A stretch of DNA of 64,000 bases, taken from assembly GCF_009914755.1 (NCBI RefSeq), contig NC_060929.1. One strand, given 5' to 3'. Positions within the stretch are counted from its first letter, which is position 1. Every line of letters starts with the position of its first letter. Shown here in pieces: positions 32,656 through 59,540 of the stretch. The position numbers and the translations under genes were made by a program. A model generated the notes under the pieces. That model did no database searches. It saw nothing but the letters and a program-made list of their open reading frames with translations, and was not told where the DNA came from. The stretch is from the human T2T-CHM13v2.0 reference genome, Homo sapiens.

Positions 32656-33606
32656 TAACCAGAATACATAAGGAGTTCAAAGAACTTAGTAGAAAAAAAG
32701 TAATAATCTGATTTTAAAAAGGGCAAAAGATCTGAATAGAAATTTCTCAAATGGCAAACAGGTTTATGAAAACCTTCAGTTTCACCGATATAGCTGCAAA
32801 GAACAAGATTTTATTCTTTTCTATGGCTGCACATTATTCCATGGTGTATATTTACCACATTTTCTTTATTCAATCTACTGTTGATGGGCACCTAAGTTGA
32901 TTCTATGTCTTCGCTATTATGAAAAAGTATGGTGATAAATATGTGAGTGCATGTGTCTTTTTGATAGAATAATTTATTTTCCTTTGAGTACATACCTAGT
33001 ACTGGGAATGCTGGGTTGAATGGTAGCCCTGTTCTACGTTCTTTGAGAAATGACTAAACTGCTTTCCACAGTGGCTGAACTAATTTACTTTCCCAACAGC
33101 AGTATATAAGTGTTCCCTTTTCTCTACAGCCTCACCAGCATCTGTTACTTTTTGACTTTTCATAGTAGCCATTCTGACTGATATGAGATTGTATCTCATT
33201 GTGGTTTTGATTGGTATTTTTCTGATGACTAGTGACCATGAGCATTTTTTATATGTTTCTTGGCTGTTTATGTTATCATTTGGGAAGTTTCTGTTCATGT
33301 TCTTTGTTCATTTTTAATGGGGTTATTTGTTTTTTGCTTGTTGATTTAAGTTTCTTATAGATTCTGGATATTAGACCTTTGTTGGATGCATAGTTTGTGA
33401 ATATTTTCTCCCATCCTATAGGTTATCTGTTTACTCTGTTGATAGTTTCTTTTGGCGTGCAGAAGCTTTTTATTTTAATTAGGTCTCACTTATAAATTTT
33501 TGTTTTTGCTGCAATAGTTTTTGCGAACTTAGCCACAAATTCTTTCCCAAGGCCAATGTTGGGAAGGGGGAAGGGTATTTCCTAGGTTTTCTTCTAGGAT
33601 TTTTAT

Positions 33607-33617
33607 TATTATTATTA

Positions 33618-33664
<47 letters not shown>

Positions 33665-34274
33665 TTCATACTTTAAGTTCTAGGGTACATGTGCCAACAT
33701 GCAGGCTTGTTACATATGTATACATGTGTCATGTTGGTGTGCTGCACCCATTAACTCATCATTTACATTAGGCATATCTCCTAATGCTGTCCCTTCCCAC
33801 TCCCCCCACCCCATAACAGTCCCCGGTGTGTGATGTTCCCCTTCCTGTGTCCATGTGTTCTCATTGTTCAATTCCCACCTATGAGTGAGAATATGCGGTG
33901 TTTGGTTTTTTGTCCTTGCGATAGTTTGCTGAGAATGATGGTTTCCAGGTTCATCCATGTCCCTACAAAGGACATGAACTCATAATTTTCTATGGCTGCA
34001 TAGTATTCCATGGTGTATATGTGCCACATTTTCTTAATCCAGTCTATCATTGATGGACATTTGGGTTGGTTCCAAGTCTTTGCTATAGTGAATACTGCCG
34101 CAATAAACATACGTGTGCATGTGTCTTTATAGCAGCATGATTTATAATCCTTTGGGTATATACCCAGTAATGGGATTGCTGGGTCAAATGGTATTTCTAG
34201 TTCTAGATCCTTGAGGAATCGCCACACTGTCTTCCACAATGGTTGAACCAGTTTGCAGTCCCACCAACAGTGTA
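33607..34274 (-). mobile_element. Short 5'-truncated LINE-1 (L1PA5-like) with (AAT)n tail
   Basis: ORF 33868-34239 is the ORF2 C-terminus. Perfect 17-bp TSD tcttctaggatttttat at 33590-33606 and 34275-34291. Confidence 0.95.
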
Positions 34275-35520
34275 TCTTCTAGGATTTTTATAGTTTGAAG
34301 GCTTATATTTAAATATATAATCCATCTTGAGTTAATTTTGCATATGATGAAAGTAGGGGGCAATTTCACTATTCTGCATATGGACAGCCAGTTATTCCAT
34401 CACCAGAAAAATAATCCTGGATAATTTAGAAAGCAATAGACTTTTCTCTTTTATCACTTTATATTCGGCCATGAGAATGATTTGCAGCATATTTTCCAAG
34501 CACTCGATTGAGAAATGCTCTTTCACAGAAATAACATGTTACTTTAAAATAAATAAACTTTAAACATTTTAATGAGAATGACATTTTCTAAAAAGTAAAA
34601 CCAATTCTAATGTTTCCCATTCTCTCAAAATGATTGACATTGCTTCCAAGTACCAATACAATTTGTTTCCCCTTGTTTCTACTTAGATCACTTATATAGA
34701 AAAAGCAATAGACTGCTGCTGACATAACAGCTGTACAACTTCTGAGTCTTACGGAAAGACAATTTTAACTCATGAAGTAGTTTCACTCTCCTTTAGACAC
34801 ATAAATGTACACACTGAATGACAGGAGTGACTGTGAATCTCCCAAGTTTATCCATAAATGCTCTGAATGGAGACGTGTGAAGAGTGAGTGATGAAGCTTA
34901 ACAGGTCTTTGCCAAAGCCTGTCTCTTTTAGCTTTTTTATTATTGACAGATGCATTATGTTGTAAGCCCATAAGTGGCTACATCTATTTCTCCTCTGTCA
35001 GAAAGAAGTCCTGAATCTTGGCACATTTAAAATCTTCATGGTAAGCATAAAATCATTCAATGTCATAAGGAATAGGTCTTTAAAAGACCTATTAGATTTT
35101 TAGATCATTTAGTGTTATATGGAGAAGATCTTATAAATGCCTCTTAGGTAATAAGACTCCATAAGTTTTATGGTAGAAGACAAAAAATATGCCTTAATAA
35201 TATAAACAAATTCGATGAAAATAAATCATTCCAGTTATTGTGCTTTGGTTGTTCAGAGGCGTTAATTGCCATGATTTTATGCTTTGGCTGTTTCATTGTC
35301 ATTTAGCTTCCTTTTCCATAAAAAGGGGAAGATAAATATGTTTAAGTGACAACAAAAGATTGTATACATTCACCCCCTGAAAAAGTAAACAAGGTAATTT
35401 CAGAATTATGTCTCTAATCACAGGTTTAATTTGGCCACTGCCACTGACATTTTGCCAAGTCCATAAGAAAATTCAAATGCAGTAGATCAACATTTAAGAG
35501 ACTGCTTTGTAATCTGGCCC

Positions 35521-38138
<2,618 letters not shown>

Positions 38139-38139
38139 A

Positions 38140-38565
38140 GCCCCATTGCATGTTCTTGCTTCATTCTTTGCCATTCTCCTCCCCATGTACAATTTATACT
38201 CCAGTCACATTAAACCATTCTCAGTTCTTCAAACATGCATATTATTTCTATATCCTTTTCCCCAGTTCATACTACTAACTATGCCAGACCTGCACTTCTC
38301 CCTGGAGAAAAATTTTCAGAATTTATCTCTTTAGTGAAGGCTGATTAACATTCTTTCCTTGTTTTCATACTGAATACCACAATGTCTGGCCACCAAAATA
38401 TAGTGCTCTCTTCAAAAATCTCCCAAAAATCTTTTTCTTACCAAACCAAGTTCTATAAACAGAGGCAATGCTATTCTTCTTTGGAATTTTAACATCATCT
38501 GTCATGTCAAGACCTCAATAAATGTGTGTTTAATTAATGAATAATTGAATGAATACATGAATGAA
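38140..38565 (+). mobile_element. L2 3' fragments
   Basis: Ends 'ctcaataaatgtgtgtt...aatgaataattgaatgaata'. Confidence 0.5.
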
Positions 38566-39089
38566 GATGTCATAAATGTATTGCTAGAAGTCCAAAAAAT
38601 ACAGAAATACAGTTAACCAGTCTAGAAATTAGAGTACTAAACAGCAAACTTTCTTTTAATGCAACAGAAATGCTTAGAAATCAACCTACCTATATATATA
38701 TATAATATATATATATTTATAACCATCACAGTATTAATGGCAAATGCCTACAAATTATTGAAATAAATATTTATTGCCATGATAAACACACAAGAACTAA
38801 ATAACAATCTCTTTTCTTCAAGTCTTTTCAGAACACTATCTGACATACTTTACTCTCTGCAGATATATCTTTCAAAATTGCAGTTAATGTCTACTTTCTG
38901 CCAGTAAGTTTTCCATGGTAAATTATTAAGATTTACGTCTTCCTAGGATTTTGTAGAAAAATCATAAAAAGTAGACCAGAGTCTGAGCTAAAGAGCCTAT
39001 ACCTGTCAACTTTCTGTTTTGCCTCTTCCTCCAGAAGTAAATGTATGCTAAGCTGTACTGTAGATTATGTACTTCAGACTCCAAGAATC

Positions 39090-39370
39090 TAAATGGAGTT
39101 GAAGGAGGAGACAGGTCAAGAGGAGGGGAAACAGCAGAAATGAAGTCCTTAAGACTGGAAAGGACTTAGTATGCTTGAGGCCCGGGGAAAGAGTGTTAAA
39201 TGGTGTAGAGTAAGATGGGGTCCAATGGCCTGAAATAAGGTTGGAAAGACATAGGGGACCAAACATGGAAATCCCCTGTAGGCCATGATTTCAGGATTTA
39301 GATTGTATTCCAACTACAATGAGAAACCACTAAAAGATTCTAAGGAGAAAGTAGCACAATCTTCACTTGT
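39090..39370 (-). mobile_element. L2 fragment
   Basis: 'gaggggaaacagc...gtaggccatg...aggatttagattgtattc...caatgagaaaccactaaaagattctaag'. Confidence 0.6.
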
Positions 39371-39434
39371 ATTTGTATAAATATTTATTATAATCATTAT
39401 ACTATCAAACAGTTACAAGAAGTGAAGAGATGAG

Positions 39435-39760
39435 TTCTGTAACAGAAAATTACAGCTTTCCAAATTTTCCATTTGTTCTCCTACATTTCCCAGCCTGGTT
39501 AACCAGTGGGCTCTTAGGGAAATAATGTGTATTTCCTCACCAAGCCAGTTAATTTATAGTGTGCTTCTTCTATCTCTCCTTCTTGAGTCATAGAGACCTG
39601 GAACACCATATCCTACAGATGATGCACCATCAGCATGGGTTCCTGGACAACTGTGTGGACTCTGTTGCCATTCCATGATAGGCATGTAACATAACCAGGA
39701 AATAAACTTTTAATATATAAATCTATTGAGATTCAGGAGTTTGTCTCTTATCATGCAGTA
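39435..39760 (+). mobile_element. MLT1J/K-like MaLR LTR
   Basis: 'catcagcatgggttcct...catgtaacat...gaaataaactttt...ctattgagatt...gagttt'. Confidence 0.5.
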
Positions 39761-39829
39761 AAGGCCAGAATAAATTCCAAATGGAATAGACTAAAATGCC
39801 AGAAAAATCAAGCATAATAATTTTTAAAA

Positions 39830-40122
39830 GGCCATGCATAGTGACTCACATGTGCAATCCCAGTTCTTTGGAGGCCAAGGTGGGCAGATCACCTGAGGCC
39901 AAGTGTTTAAGACCAGCCTGGCCAACATGGTGAAACCACGTCTCAACTAAAAATACAAAAAATTGCCAGGCATGGTGGCAGGGGCCTGTAATCTCAGCTA
40001 CTCAGGAGGCTGAGGCAGGAGAGTCACTTGAACCCAGGAAGTGAGGGTTGCAGTGAGCTGAGATGGCACTATTGTACTCCAGCCCAGGCAACAAGAGTGA
40101 AACTCTGTCTCAAACAAAAAAA
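39830..40122 (+). mobile_element. AluS (AluSq-like)
   Basis: Dimeric Alu with 'gcaacaagagtgaaactctgtctc' and an A-tail. Confidence 0.9.
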
Positions 40123-40584
40123 TTTTAAAAATATTATGTTGACAAATCTGTAGTTTGAAGTGTTTTCCAAACCAAAAACAATGTAAGAAATGAAAACAGG
40201 AAAACACTGATATTTGACTTGATAAAACTTTAAACAACAAAACTAAAAGGGAATATTAAGATTAAATGGAAATGAGCTAAACATCATTAATTCATAATAA
40301 AATCTAAGAAAAAACATTAATCATGCTAATAAAATAAGTAATTTATAAAATCAGAAACTAATTTTTACATATCAACTTAACTATATTTCTTTAAACAAGA
40401 ACTCTATGTGGAGTGACGATGTAGTATGCTGTGCAATATAGGTATGTAACTGACATCGCCTTTCTTAAAGACAAGGTGGCAATAGTATAAAGACTCAAAA
40501 ACTTATTTACAGCTTTGGATTCAGTTCCTCTTTCTCACAAAAGAATGTGAAAAGGAGATCAATCTTTATTTTAAAAATTGACAT

Positions 40585-42373
40585 CAGACTTCCAGTTTCC
40601 AGTCCAGCATATAAGGATATTACAAGTTGCCACTGCATCCTAACAACAAGTACAAAGATATGGAAGCTGAAAAATCAACAACTCTTCTTAGATCCAACAG
40701 AGAAGTGAGGTCACAAGGAAAATCACTGTTGCAGAAATTAGAGAGGAAAACAACTTGACACAGAAATGTACAACCTATCTAAGCAGAAACTGCTGCAGGG
40801 ACCATTGCCAGGATAGGCAAACCTAAACTATAATTGAAAAATCGCTGGAAGCTCAGGGCAGACAACTCTGAGAGTTAAAAACTCCAGGAATACTCAGTCA
40901 TGGGGGGTCTCCAAACTTTTTTTTTACTTCTGGGAACTCTATCAGGTTTTCACAGTGCATATCAGAAAAATATCCCCTAGTATTACTGACAGGGAGAAAA
41001 GAAAAGGAGCCATGCTATAACACATCAGAGAATTCTGATTTTCTTAAGAAGGCCTGCCCTCAGGAGAATCTGTTCAACTAGTACCTAGTCTTCTGGGGCT
41101 TTATCAGAACCAAAATGACCTAGCAGAAGGGAAATACCTAACTCCAGCCCCTACTAACAATCCCGTGCCACCTAAATGGGGAATAAACCTGAAAAATACT
41201 AGTGAAGTTCACAGTTCAAAAGCCTGGACTCACTAAAAGATTGAGACTAATCATACAACTATAGAATGTTTTCCCTGCTCCTCACCTGTCACACTACTAA
41301 AGGATTACTTTCAACAGTTCGTTTTACCCAGTACATTGTATCCACTTTTCAAGAAAAAATTACAAGACATGCTAAAAGGTAAAAAACACAGTTTCAAGAG
41401 ACTAAACAAACACCAGAACTATAGTCAGATACAGCAGAAATTTTGGAATTACGAGACTAGGAGTTTATAAAAATTATGATTAACATGCCAAAAGCTGCAA
41501 TGTAAAAAGTAAATAATGTGCAAGAACAGAGAGATATAAATTCTAAAAAAGAATCAAAAGAAATGCTAGACATCAAAAACACTGTAACAGAAATGAAAAA
41601 ACACCTGTGATAGGCTCCTCAGTAGACTGGACATGACTGAGGAAGAAATCCTTGAGAACATAAGAACAACAACAACAACAACAACAACAACAAAAACAGA
41701 GCAGAACATCCAAGGACAGTGGGATAATTACAAAACTTGTAAATACAAAAATGAGAATTCCAGGACAGAAAAAAAGAACAGGAGCAATGTTTGAAATAAT
41801 GATGACTCAGAACTTCCCAAAATTCATTTTGGTCATCAAACTGCAGATACAGAAATTTCAGACAATACCAATAAACGTCAGGATAAATGCCAAAACAGGA
41901 TATATATTGTCATATTCAAATTTCAGAAAATGAAACATAAAGTAAAAATATTGAAAAATGGCAGAGGATAAAAACACTTTACCTATAGAGGAAAACATAT
42001 TAAGAATTACTTTGACTTTTCCTCAGAAACCATGCAAGCAAGAAAAAAGTTAAGTGAAATATTTAAAGTGTTGAAGGAAATAAAAACCCTACCAACCCAG
42101 AATTCTCTATCCTGCAAAGTCATTCTTTATAAATGAAGGAGAAATAAAGAAACAAAATTGAGGATGTTGGTGTTGTAGAACAATCTTGCAAGAAACATTA
42201 AAATAATTTCTTCAGACAGAAACTCATATCTACAAAAAAAAGAGCATCAAAGAATGAATAAGTGAAGGTAAAAAAACACACCTATTTTTTATTCTCAAAT
42301 GAGTTAATAATTAAGTTTATTCAAGATAATAATGGCAATAATGTATGTGATTATGTATACACATGTGTATGTA

Positions 42374-42406
<33 letters not shown>

Positions 42407-43030
42407 GCATATATATATATATATATATCCTTACATATAAGTAAAATGAATGACAGCAATAATACAGGGGATAAGGTGAAAGAAATATTTTGTTATTATA
42501 AGGTACTTTTACTATAAATTAAGAGGTATAGTGTTATTTGAAAATGGACTTGGATTGGTTGTAAATATATTTTTGCAAACTCTAAGGCACCCCTAAAAAA
42601 GGGTTTAAAAATGTATAATCAATATGCTAAGAAAAGAGAGAAAATGGAATCATATAAAATGTTCAATTAAAACCACAAAAGCCAGAAAAAAATTGGAAGA
42701 CAAAGATAGAAGAAAAGAACAAGAGTGATACATAGAAAGCATTAACAAATATGTTAGATATTAGTCAAAATATATAAATAACCACTTTAAATATTAATGG
42801 TCTAAATATAGCAGTCATAAGACAGAGATTGCCAGAGTGGGTCAAAAAATAAGACCCAACAGTGTTTTGTTTTCAAGAAACCAATTTTAAATAAAAGATA
42901 TATATAGATAGATTAAAAGTAAAGAGGGGGAGAAAGATATACAATGTTAACACTAATCAAAAGAAAACAGAAGCAGCTATATTAATTTCTGAAACAGAAG
43001 ACTTCAAAGTAAAAAGAGTTACCAGATAAT
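40585..43030 (+). mobile_element. Old L1M (L1MC-type) 5'UTR, ORF1 and start of ORF2, with (AAC)n and (TA)n tracts
   Basis: ORF1-like remnant 41751-41933 (MFEIMMTQNFPK) and 'tcctcagaaaccatgcaagcaagaa'; endonuclease-start sequence at about 42780-43025. Confidence 0.75.
42361..42428. repeat. (TG)n/(TA)n microsatellite
   Basis: Read directly from the sequence. Confidence 0.95.
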
Positions 43031-43031
43031 C

Positions 43032-52636
<9,605 letters not shown>

Positions 52637-55152
52637 TTCTAGCAAATGTAATAAAAAAAGGAAACAAAAGTTACATAGATGGGGGAAAAATAAAATTGTC
52701 TTTGTTCACAGATGATCATCTATGTACAAAATCCAAAATAGTTGACAAATACAAGTAACTGGAACTAATCAGTGATTATAATAAGGTTGCAGGATACCAG
52801 GCTAATATGTAGAAGTCAATTGCTTTTCTATATATGAGCAATGAAAAAGTGGAATTGAAAATTAAAAATACATTACCATTTACATTAGCACATCCAAAAT
52901 TAAGATTTAGGTATTAATTTAACAAAATCTCTACAAGAGCTAGATGAGCAAAATTGCAAAATCTGATAAAGAAATTGAAGAACTAAATAAATGGAGAGAT
53001 ATTCCATGTTCATTAATAGGTAGACTCCATATGGTTGAGATGTCAGTTATTTTCAGCTTCATCTATAAATTCAGTACCATTCCAGTCAAAATCCTATCTA
53101 CTTATTTTACAGATATTGACAAGCTGATTCTAAAGTTTATATAGGGAGGCAAAAGACATAAAATAGTCAAGTCAATATTGAAAAAGAAGAACAAAATTGT
53201 AGGACTGACAAGACCTGACTTCAAGAATCACTATAAAGCTACCGTAATCACAGTGTGATATTGGTTAAAGAATAGACAGATAGATCAATGGAACAGAATA
53301 GAGAGCCCCAAAATAGACTAAGATAAATATAATCAGGTGATCTTTGACAAAGGGGCAAAGGCAATGCCATGGAACAAAAACAATCTTTTAAACAAATGAT
53401 GGTGGAAAAACTGGAGATTCACATGAAAGAAAAGAGAAGATGAAAAGATAAACAAATCTAGACACAGACCTTGCACTTTTCACAAAGATTAACTCAAAAT
53501 AGATCACATGACTAGATGTAAAATGCAAAACTCTAAAACCCCTAGAAGATAACTTAAGAGAAAATTGAGATGATCTTGAGTTTGATAACTTTTTTGATAC
53601 TACACCAAAAGTACAGTTCATGAAAGATAAATTAATAAATTGCAACGCATTAAAATTTAAAGTTCCTGCTCCATGGAAGACATTGCCAAGATAATGAGAA
53701 GACAGGCCACGCACTGGGAGAAAATGTTTGCAAAAGATAAATCCGCTAAAGAGCTATTATCCAAAATATACAAAGACCTCCTAATACTTAGCAATATAAA
53801 AATGAACAATCAATGAACATATAAGCAAAAGACCTGAATATCCATCTCTCCAAAGAAGACATAAAGACGGCAAGTAAGCATATGAAAGATGTTCAACATC
53901 TGCAGTAGTTGGAATGTGTCCCCAGAATTTCAGGTATTGGAAACTTAATCCCCAAATTCATATGTTAATCATTTGGAGGTGAGGCCTTTGGGAGGCAATT
54001 AGGGTTAGATAAGTTCATTAGGGTGGGGCCCTATGATGGGGCAGTGGCTTTATAAGAGGTAAAAAAGAGACCTGAGCTAGCACACTTGCTCTGTCTTGCC
54101 ATGGATGATATCCTCTGCCATGTTATGATGCAGCAAGAAGGACTTCACCAGATGCCAGTACCATAATTCTGACTTCCCAACCTCCATAATCATGAGATAA
54201 TTGAACCTTTATTTTTTATAAATTACATAGTCTGCAGTATTCAGGTATATCAACAGAAAACAGACTAGGACAACAACATATATCATTAGAGAATTACAAA
54301 TTAAAACAATAAGCTATCACTACACATCTATTGAAATGGCCAAAAATCAAAATGCTGTCAATACCAAATGCTGCTGAGAATGTGGAACAACAGAAATTCT
54401 CAATCATTGCTGGTGAGAATGCAAAAATGATACAGCCACTTTGGAAGACAATTTGGCAGTTTCCTACAAAACTAAATATACTCTTGCCATACACTCCAAC
54501 AATAGTGCCCTTTGGTATTTGACCAAATGAACTGGAAACATATCCACACAAAAACCTGCACATTAACATTTACTGTATCTTTATTCATTATTGTCAAAGC
54601 TTGGAAGCAACTGAGATGTCCTTCAGTAGGTGAATGGATAAACTGTGGTATATCCAGACAATGGAATATTATTCAACACAGAGAAGAAATGAGCTATCAA
54701 GCCATGAAAGGACATCGAGGAAATTTAAATGCATATTACTAAGTGATGAAGCCATTCTTAATAGAGTACAAACTGTTTGATTTCAACAATACGAAATTCT
54801 AGGAAAGTTAAACCATAGAGACAAAAAATTAGTGGTCTCCAGGGGCCAGAGGGAGGAGGATGAATAGGTAGAGCACAGGTAAGTTTTAGGGCACTGAATA
54901 CATGTCATTATATATTTTTCCAAACCCATAGAATATACACCAAGAATGAACCCTAATGTAAACTACGGACTTTGGGTGATAATATGTCAGTGTACATTCA
55001 TCAATTGTAACAAATGTATCTGCACTCTGGTGGAGGATGTTAGTGGGAGAGGTTGTGTGGGTGGGGGAATGAGTGTATGGGGACTCTGTACTTTTCACTC
55101 GATTTTACTGTGAACCTAAAACTTCTCTAAGGAATTTATTAATTTGAAAAAA
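52637..55152 (+). mobile_element. L1MC-type 3' half
   Basis: ORF2 remnants (52944-53144, 54331-54522); 3'UTR 'ccctaatgtaaactacggactttgggtgataat...tgtgaacctaaaact'. Confidence 0.85.
53901..54272 (+). mobile_element. MST (MSTD-like) solo LTR
   Basis: TG...CA termini, 'tggaaacttaatcccca' and 'caacagaaaacagactaggaca'. TSD acatc/acaac. Confidence 0.85.
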
Positions 55153-55279
55153 TGGACATCATAGCATAATTTATTCTAAGAATGCTTTTAAGTTTTAGAT
55201 TCCAAATATAGCTTTGTGGTTAAATCAATCATGATTCACCCGATTATAAAATGTTATATAGCCATTAAAAATGATATGA

Positions 55280-57722
55280 AGTATCTCTGTTCATCGATAA
55301 CATGAAGCTATATGTAGAAAATACTAACAATTACACACAAATGCAATAACTAATAAATAAATTAAGTAGAGTTGCAGAATACAAATGTACTGAAATGATA
55401 CAAAAGATACAAAATTCAATTGCATTTCTATACAATAACAATGAAAAACCTGAAAGGGAAATTAAGAAAACTATTCAATTTACAATAGCATCAAAAAGAA
55501 TAAAATACTTACAAATAAACTTAACCAAGGAGTTAAAAGATTTGCACACTGAAAACTACAAAAACGTTGCTGAGAGACATTAAAGAAGACACATACAAAT
55601 TGAATGATATCTCATGTTCATGGACTGGAAGACTTAATATTGTTAAAATGTCAATACTCAGTGTGACCTACAGATTCAATGCAATCTGCATCAAAATACC
55701 AATTGATAGATGCTGGAGGCAGATAAGGGAGGATCCCTGGAGAATCTCTGACCCAACCCACAAGTGTTTACATCAGATGCTTTTGTGCAGATGAGGGAAC
55801 CTGCCTAGGGCCCTGTCTGGGCATGCCCACAACTGACTGGGGGGGCCAGCTGTGCACTGGGGGAATGGGGTGGAGCTACTGGGGGTTTGTTTGCAGTGGG
55901 GAGGAGCTGGGCCTCCAGTTGGTGTGTGCGTGCGTACGCGTGTGTGGTGGCCTGTATTTAATCTGTGAGGTGGGAGCCTGTTAGGAGGACCCCCCATTTT
56001 TTTTCCACTGAAAGCTTTCCTTTAATAAATCCCACTCTCCTCACCTTTCAGTGTGTCCACATGCCTAATTAATCCTGGTTGTATGATAAGAAGCTGGATT
56101 TTAGCTGAACTAAGGAGCAAAAAAATCCTACATCAAATTGACTATTTTTTTGAAGAAATAGAAAAGTCCATTCTAAAATTCTCATGGACTCTGAAGAGAC
56201 CATAAATTGCCAAAACAATCTTGAAAAGGAAGAACAAAGTTAGAAGACTTACACTTCCTGATTTCAAAGCTTACTACAGTGTTACAGTAATCAAAATAGT
56301 TTGGTACTACCATAAAGACAGAAACATAGACCAATGGAATGAAATACAGAGCCCAAAAATAATTCCTTACAAGTATGGTCAAATGATTTTTAACAAATGT
56401 GTCAAGACCATTGTATGTGGAAAGAACAGTCTTTTCAACAAATGGTGCTGAGAAAATTGGATATCCATATGCAAAATAATGAAGTTGGAACTTTACCATA
56501 CATCATATGTAAAAATTAACTCAAAACGGGTCAAAGACCTAAATTTAAAAGATAAAACTATATAAAACTCTGAGAAGAAAACATAAGAAAAAATCTTTAT
56601 GACATTGGATTTGGCAATGATTTCCTGAATATGACACTAAAAGCACAAGCAACAAAAGGAAAAATAGATAAATTGGTCCACAACATAATTTTTAAATTAT
56701 TTACGTCAGATGACACAGTCAACAGAATAAAAAGGCAACCCATGGAATGGGAGAAAATATTTTCAAACTATTTATCTGATGGGGGTTAATATCGAGATAT
56801 ATAAGACATATAAAGAAATTCTATAACACAACAACAAAAACAAACAACAGAATAACAAAGAACCCAATTTAAAAATGGCCAAAAACTTTAATTAGGCATT
56901 TCTCCAAAGAAGATATACAAATAATCAATAAGCACATAAAAAGAAGCTCAACATCCCTCACAATTAGGTAAAGGCAAATCAAAATCACAATGAGATACCA
57001 CCTCAAATTCATTGGGATAGCTACTAAAAAAACAAAAGAGAAACACATGTGGGTAAGGATGTAGAGAAATTGAAACCTTATATACAGATGCAAATGTAAA
57101 ATGGTACACCCTTTATGGAAAATAGTGTGGCAGTTCCTAAAAAATGTAAATATAGAATTACCATATAATCCAGCAATTCCACTTCTGGGTATATGCCCAA
57201 AATAATTAAAATGTGGGATGTAAAAGGATGTTTGTACTTCATATTCACAAGTGCCAGAAAGTGGGAGCAAACCAAATGTCCATTGACAGAGGAATGGCTA
57301 AACAAAATGTGATATATATACATACAATGGAATATTACTCAGCCTTAAAAAGGAAGGAAATTCTAACATATGTTACAACATGGATGAACTTTGATGATAT
57401 TACGCTAAGTAAAATAAGTCAGGCACAAAATGAAAAATACTGTATTATTTCATTTATATGAGGTACCTAGAATAATCAAACTCATGGCGATAATGAGCAG
57501 AATGTTAGTTGCCAGGTTCTGGGGGAGAGGGAAATGGGAAATTATTGTCTTTAATAGGTACAGAGTTTCAGTTTTGCAAAATGAAAAAATTTCTATGGCT
57601 AGACGGTAATAATGGCTGCACAACAATGTGAATATACATAATGCTACTGAACTGTACTTTTTAAAATATTGTGAAGAGTACTTTTTATGTTACGTATATC
57701 TTACAATTAAAAGTGAAAAAAA
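55280..57722 (+). mobile_element. L1MB-type 3' half
   Basis: ORF2 remnants (55395-55583, 56221-56451); 3'UTR 'gaggtacctagaataatcaaa...tacagagtttcagttttgcaa...gcacaacaatgtgaat'. Confidence 0.85.
55704..56135 (+). mobile_element. ERV1-class solo LTR (family not determined)
   Basis: GC-rich 432-bp insert in L1MB with TG...CA termini and AATAAA near 56024; L1 sequence resumes on both sides. Confidence 0.75.
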
Positions 57723-57935
57723 GACATGAACTAAATATATAAAGATAAAAATTGTGTGCACATGATGACTTAAAATGTGTAGAATAAAAAAATTAAAATC
57801 CTAGGAAAAAAATACACATATTAAGTCTATTTTTTTTGAGGAGTAGAGTTGTGGTTACTTTTTAAAATTTTTCATTTATATACTTTCTAAGTAGTTCACA
57901 ATAAAGGTACTACTTTTATAGTAACATAAACTTAA

Positions 57936-58261
<326 letters not shown>

Positions 58262-59109
58262 TTAGCAGACACATATTCAGTGTAAGGCAGAAACCAAGGA
58301 ATTAGTAACACAGAGAGCTAAAGGTCAGTGAGAAAAACAATACAGACATTAACGTGAAATTGATGAGGTAACTAAAAACCAGTTTCTTTGCTTCAGCTAC
58401 ATATACAGAAGCAACATATCATTCTGGTTTTAACAAGAATGTCAGGCCTGTTAAAACCAGGTCCAGGGGGAACAAACCAAAGTCACTGACTTCACTAGGG
58501 TAGTTGTAGATAAGAAGACCTAAAACAGACTTCACAAAAAAGGTAACATTGTTTTCTTTCCCTTCATTTTATAAAAGGTCCATTCTTTCTTTTGTCATAA
58601 TGGAATTTCTAAGAAGTCACTAAAGCTGGTAAAAGTAGAACTATAAATAGTAGTCTAGGAGTTCCAGCAGTAAGTCAGCAAAGTCATACTTATTATGGAA
58701 TATGAGAGAAGCAATAAGAGAAAAATGATTCAATAAAAAAGAGGGAGCTGCAGCTGACCAATAGGAAGGTTAGCTATGAGACTTAGACAATCTTCAGGGA
58801 TGTAAAGATGACACCATTTAAATTGGGCTAGGGAAACCGATCAAATTACTTTTTTAATATTTGGGAAGCAATTTTACAACAGCTTGAATAATAATAAATG
58901 TAACATTCCCCTCTGGATTTAAATTTAAATTCAAAATCTTGTACCAAGCAGCAGAACTGACTGGCTCCTTTATATAGCAGTTTATCCTCAGAAACCCTAC
59001 CTCTAGAACAGGGCTCTGGTCAATTATGATGAATACATTCCTTTTTGTAGGGAGAGAAGAGTGAAGGAAGCACTTCCACATCTCTCAAGTTCTATCTTTA
59101 CCATCTATC

Positions 59110-59460
59110 AAGATTTTTTAAATGCTGAACATTTGACCCAGCAATTCTACTTCTAGGAATGCATACTAAAGAAATTCTGACATAAGTATGCAAAAGTAAA
59201 GGGACAAGAAATGTTCATTGTAGTATTTTTTAGTAAAGACAAAAATATGAAGTAAGTGAATGTCCATTAACTTACTAGCAATACTATATAATCACTAAAC
59301 AGAATCAATTATATGGGTATAGGTCCAAAGTATGTTGTCAAGAGGAAAAAAATCAAAATTTTCAAAATATATAATGTAATCACCTGGCTTAAAAATGTAT
59401 GTATATGTGTGTGTAAAGGTGTGTATAAACATCTATATATCTGTGTATGACTGTATAGAA
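59110..59460 (+). mobile_element. L1ME-type 3' fragment
   Basis: 'tttgacccagcaattctacttctaggaat...aatgttcattgtagtatt...aatgtccatt'. Confidence 0.6.
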
Positions 59461-59500
59461 AGATAGTAATAACAATAGCTAACACTCATATAGTCTTAGT

Positions 59501-59534
59501 AATTATTAGCAATAACAAATTATTAGCAATAACA
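59501..59534. repeat. 17-bp perfect tandem duplication
   Basis: aattattagcaataaca x2, just upstream of the LTR12. Confidence 0.95.
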
Positions 59535-59540
59535 CACAAG

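Noticed and set aside
34797-34883. 87-bp AG...GT-bounded candidate coding exon (+)
   Set aside because: Stop codons in all three frames; there is no other support.
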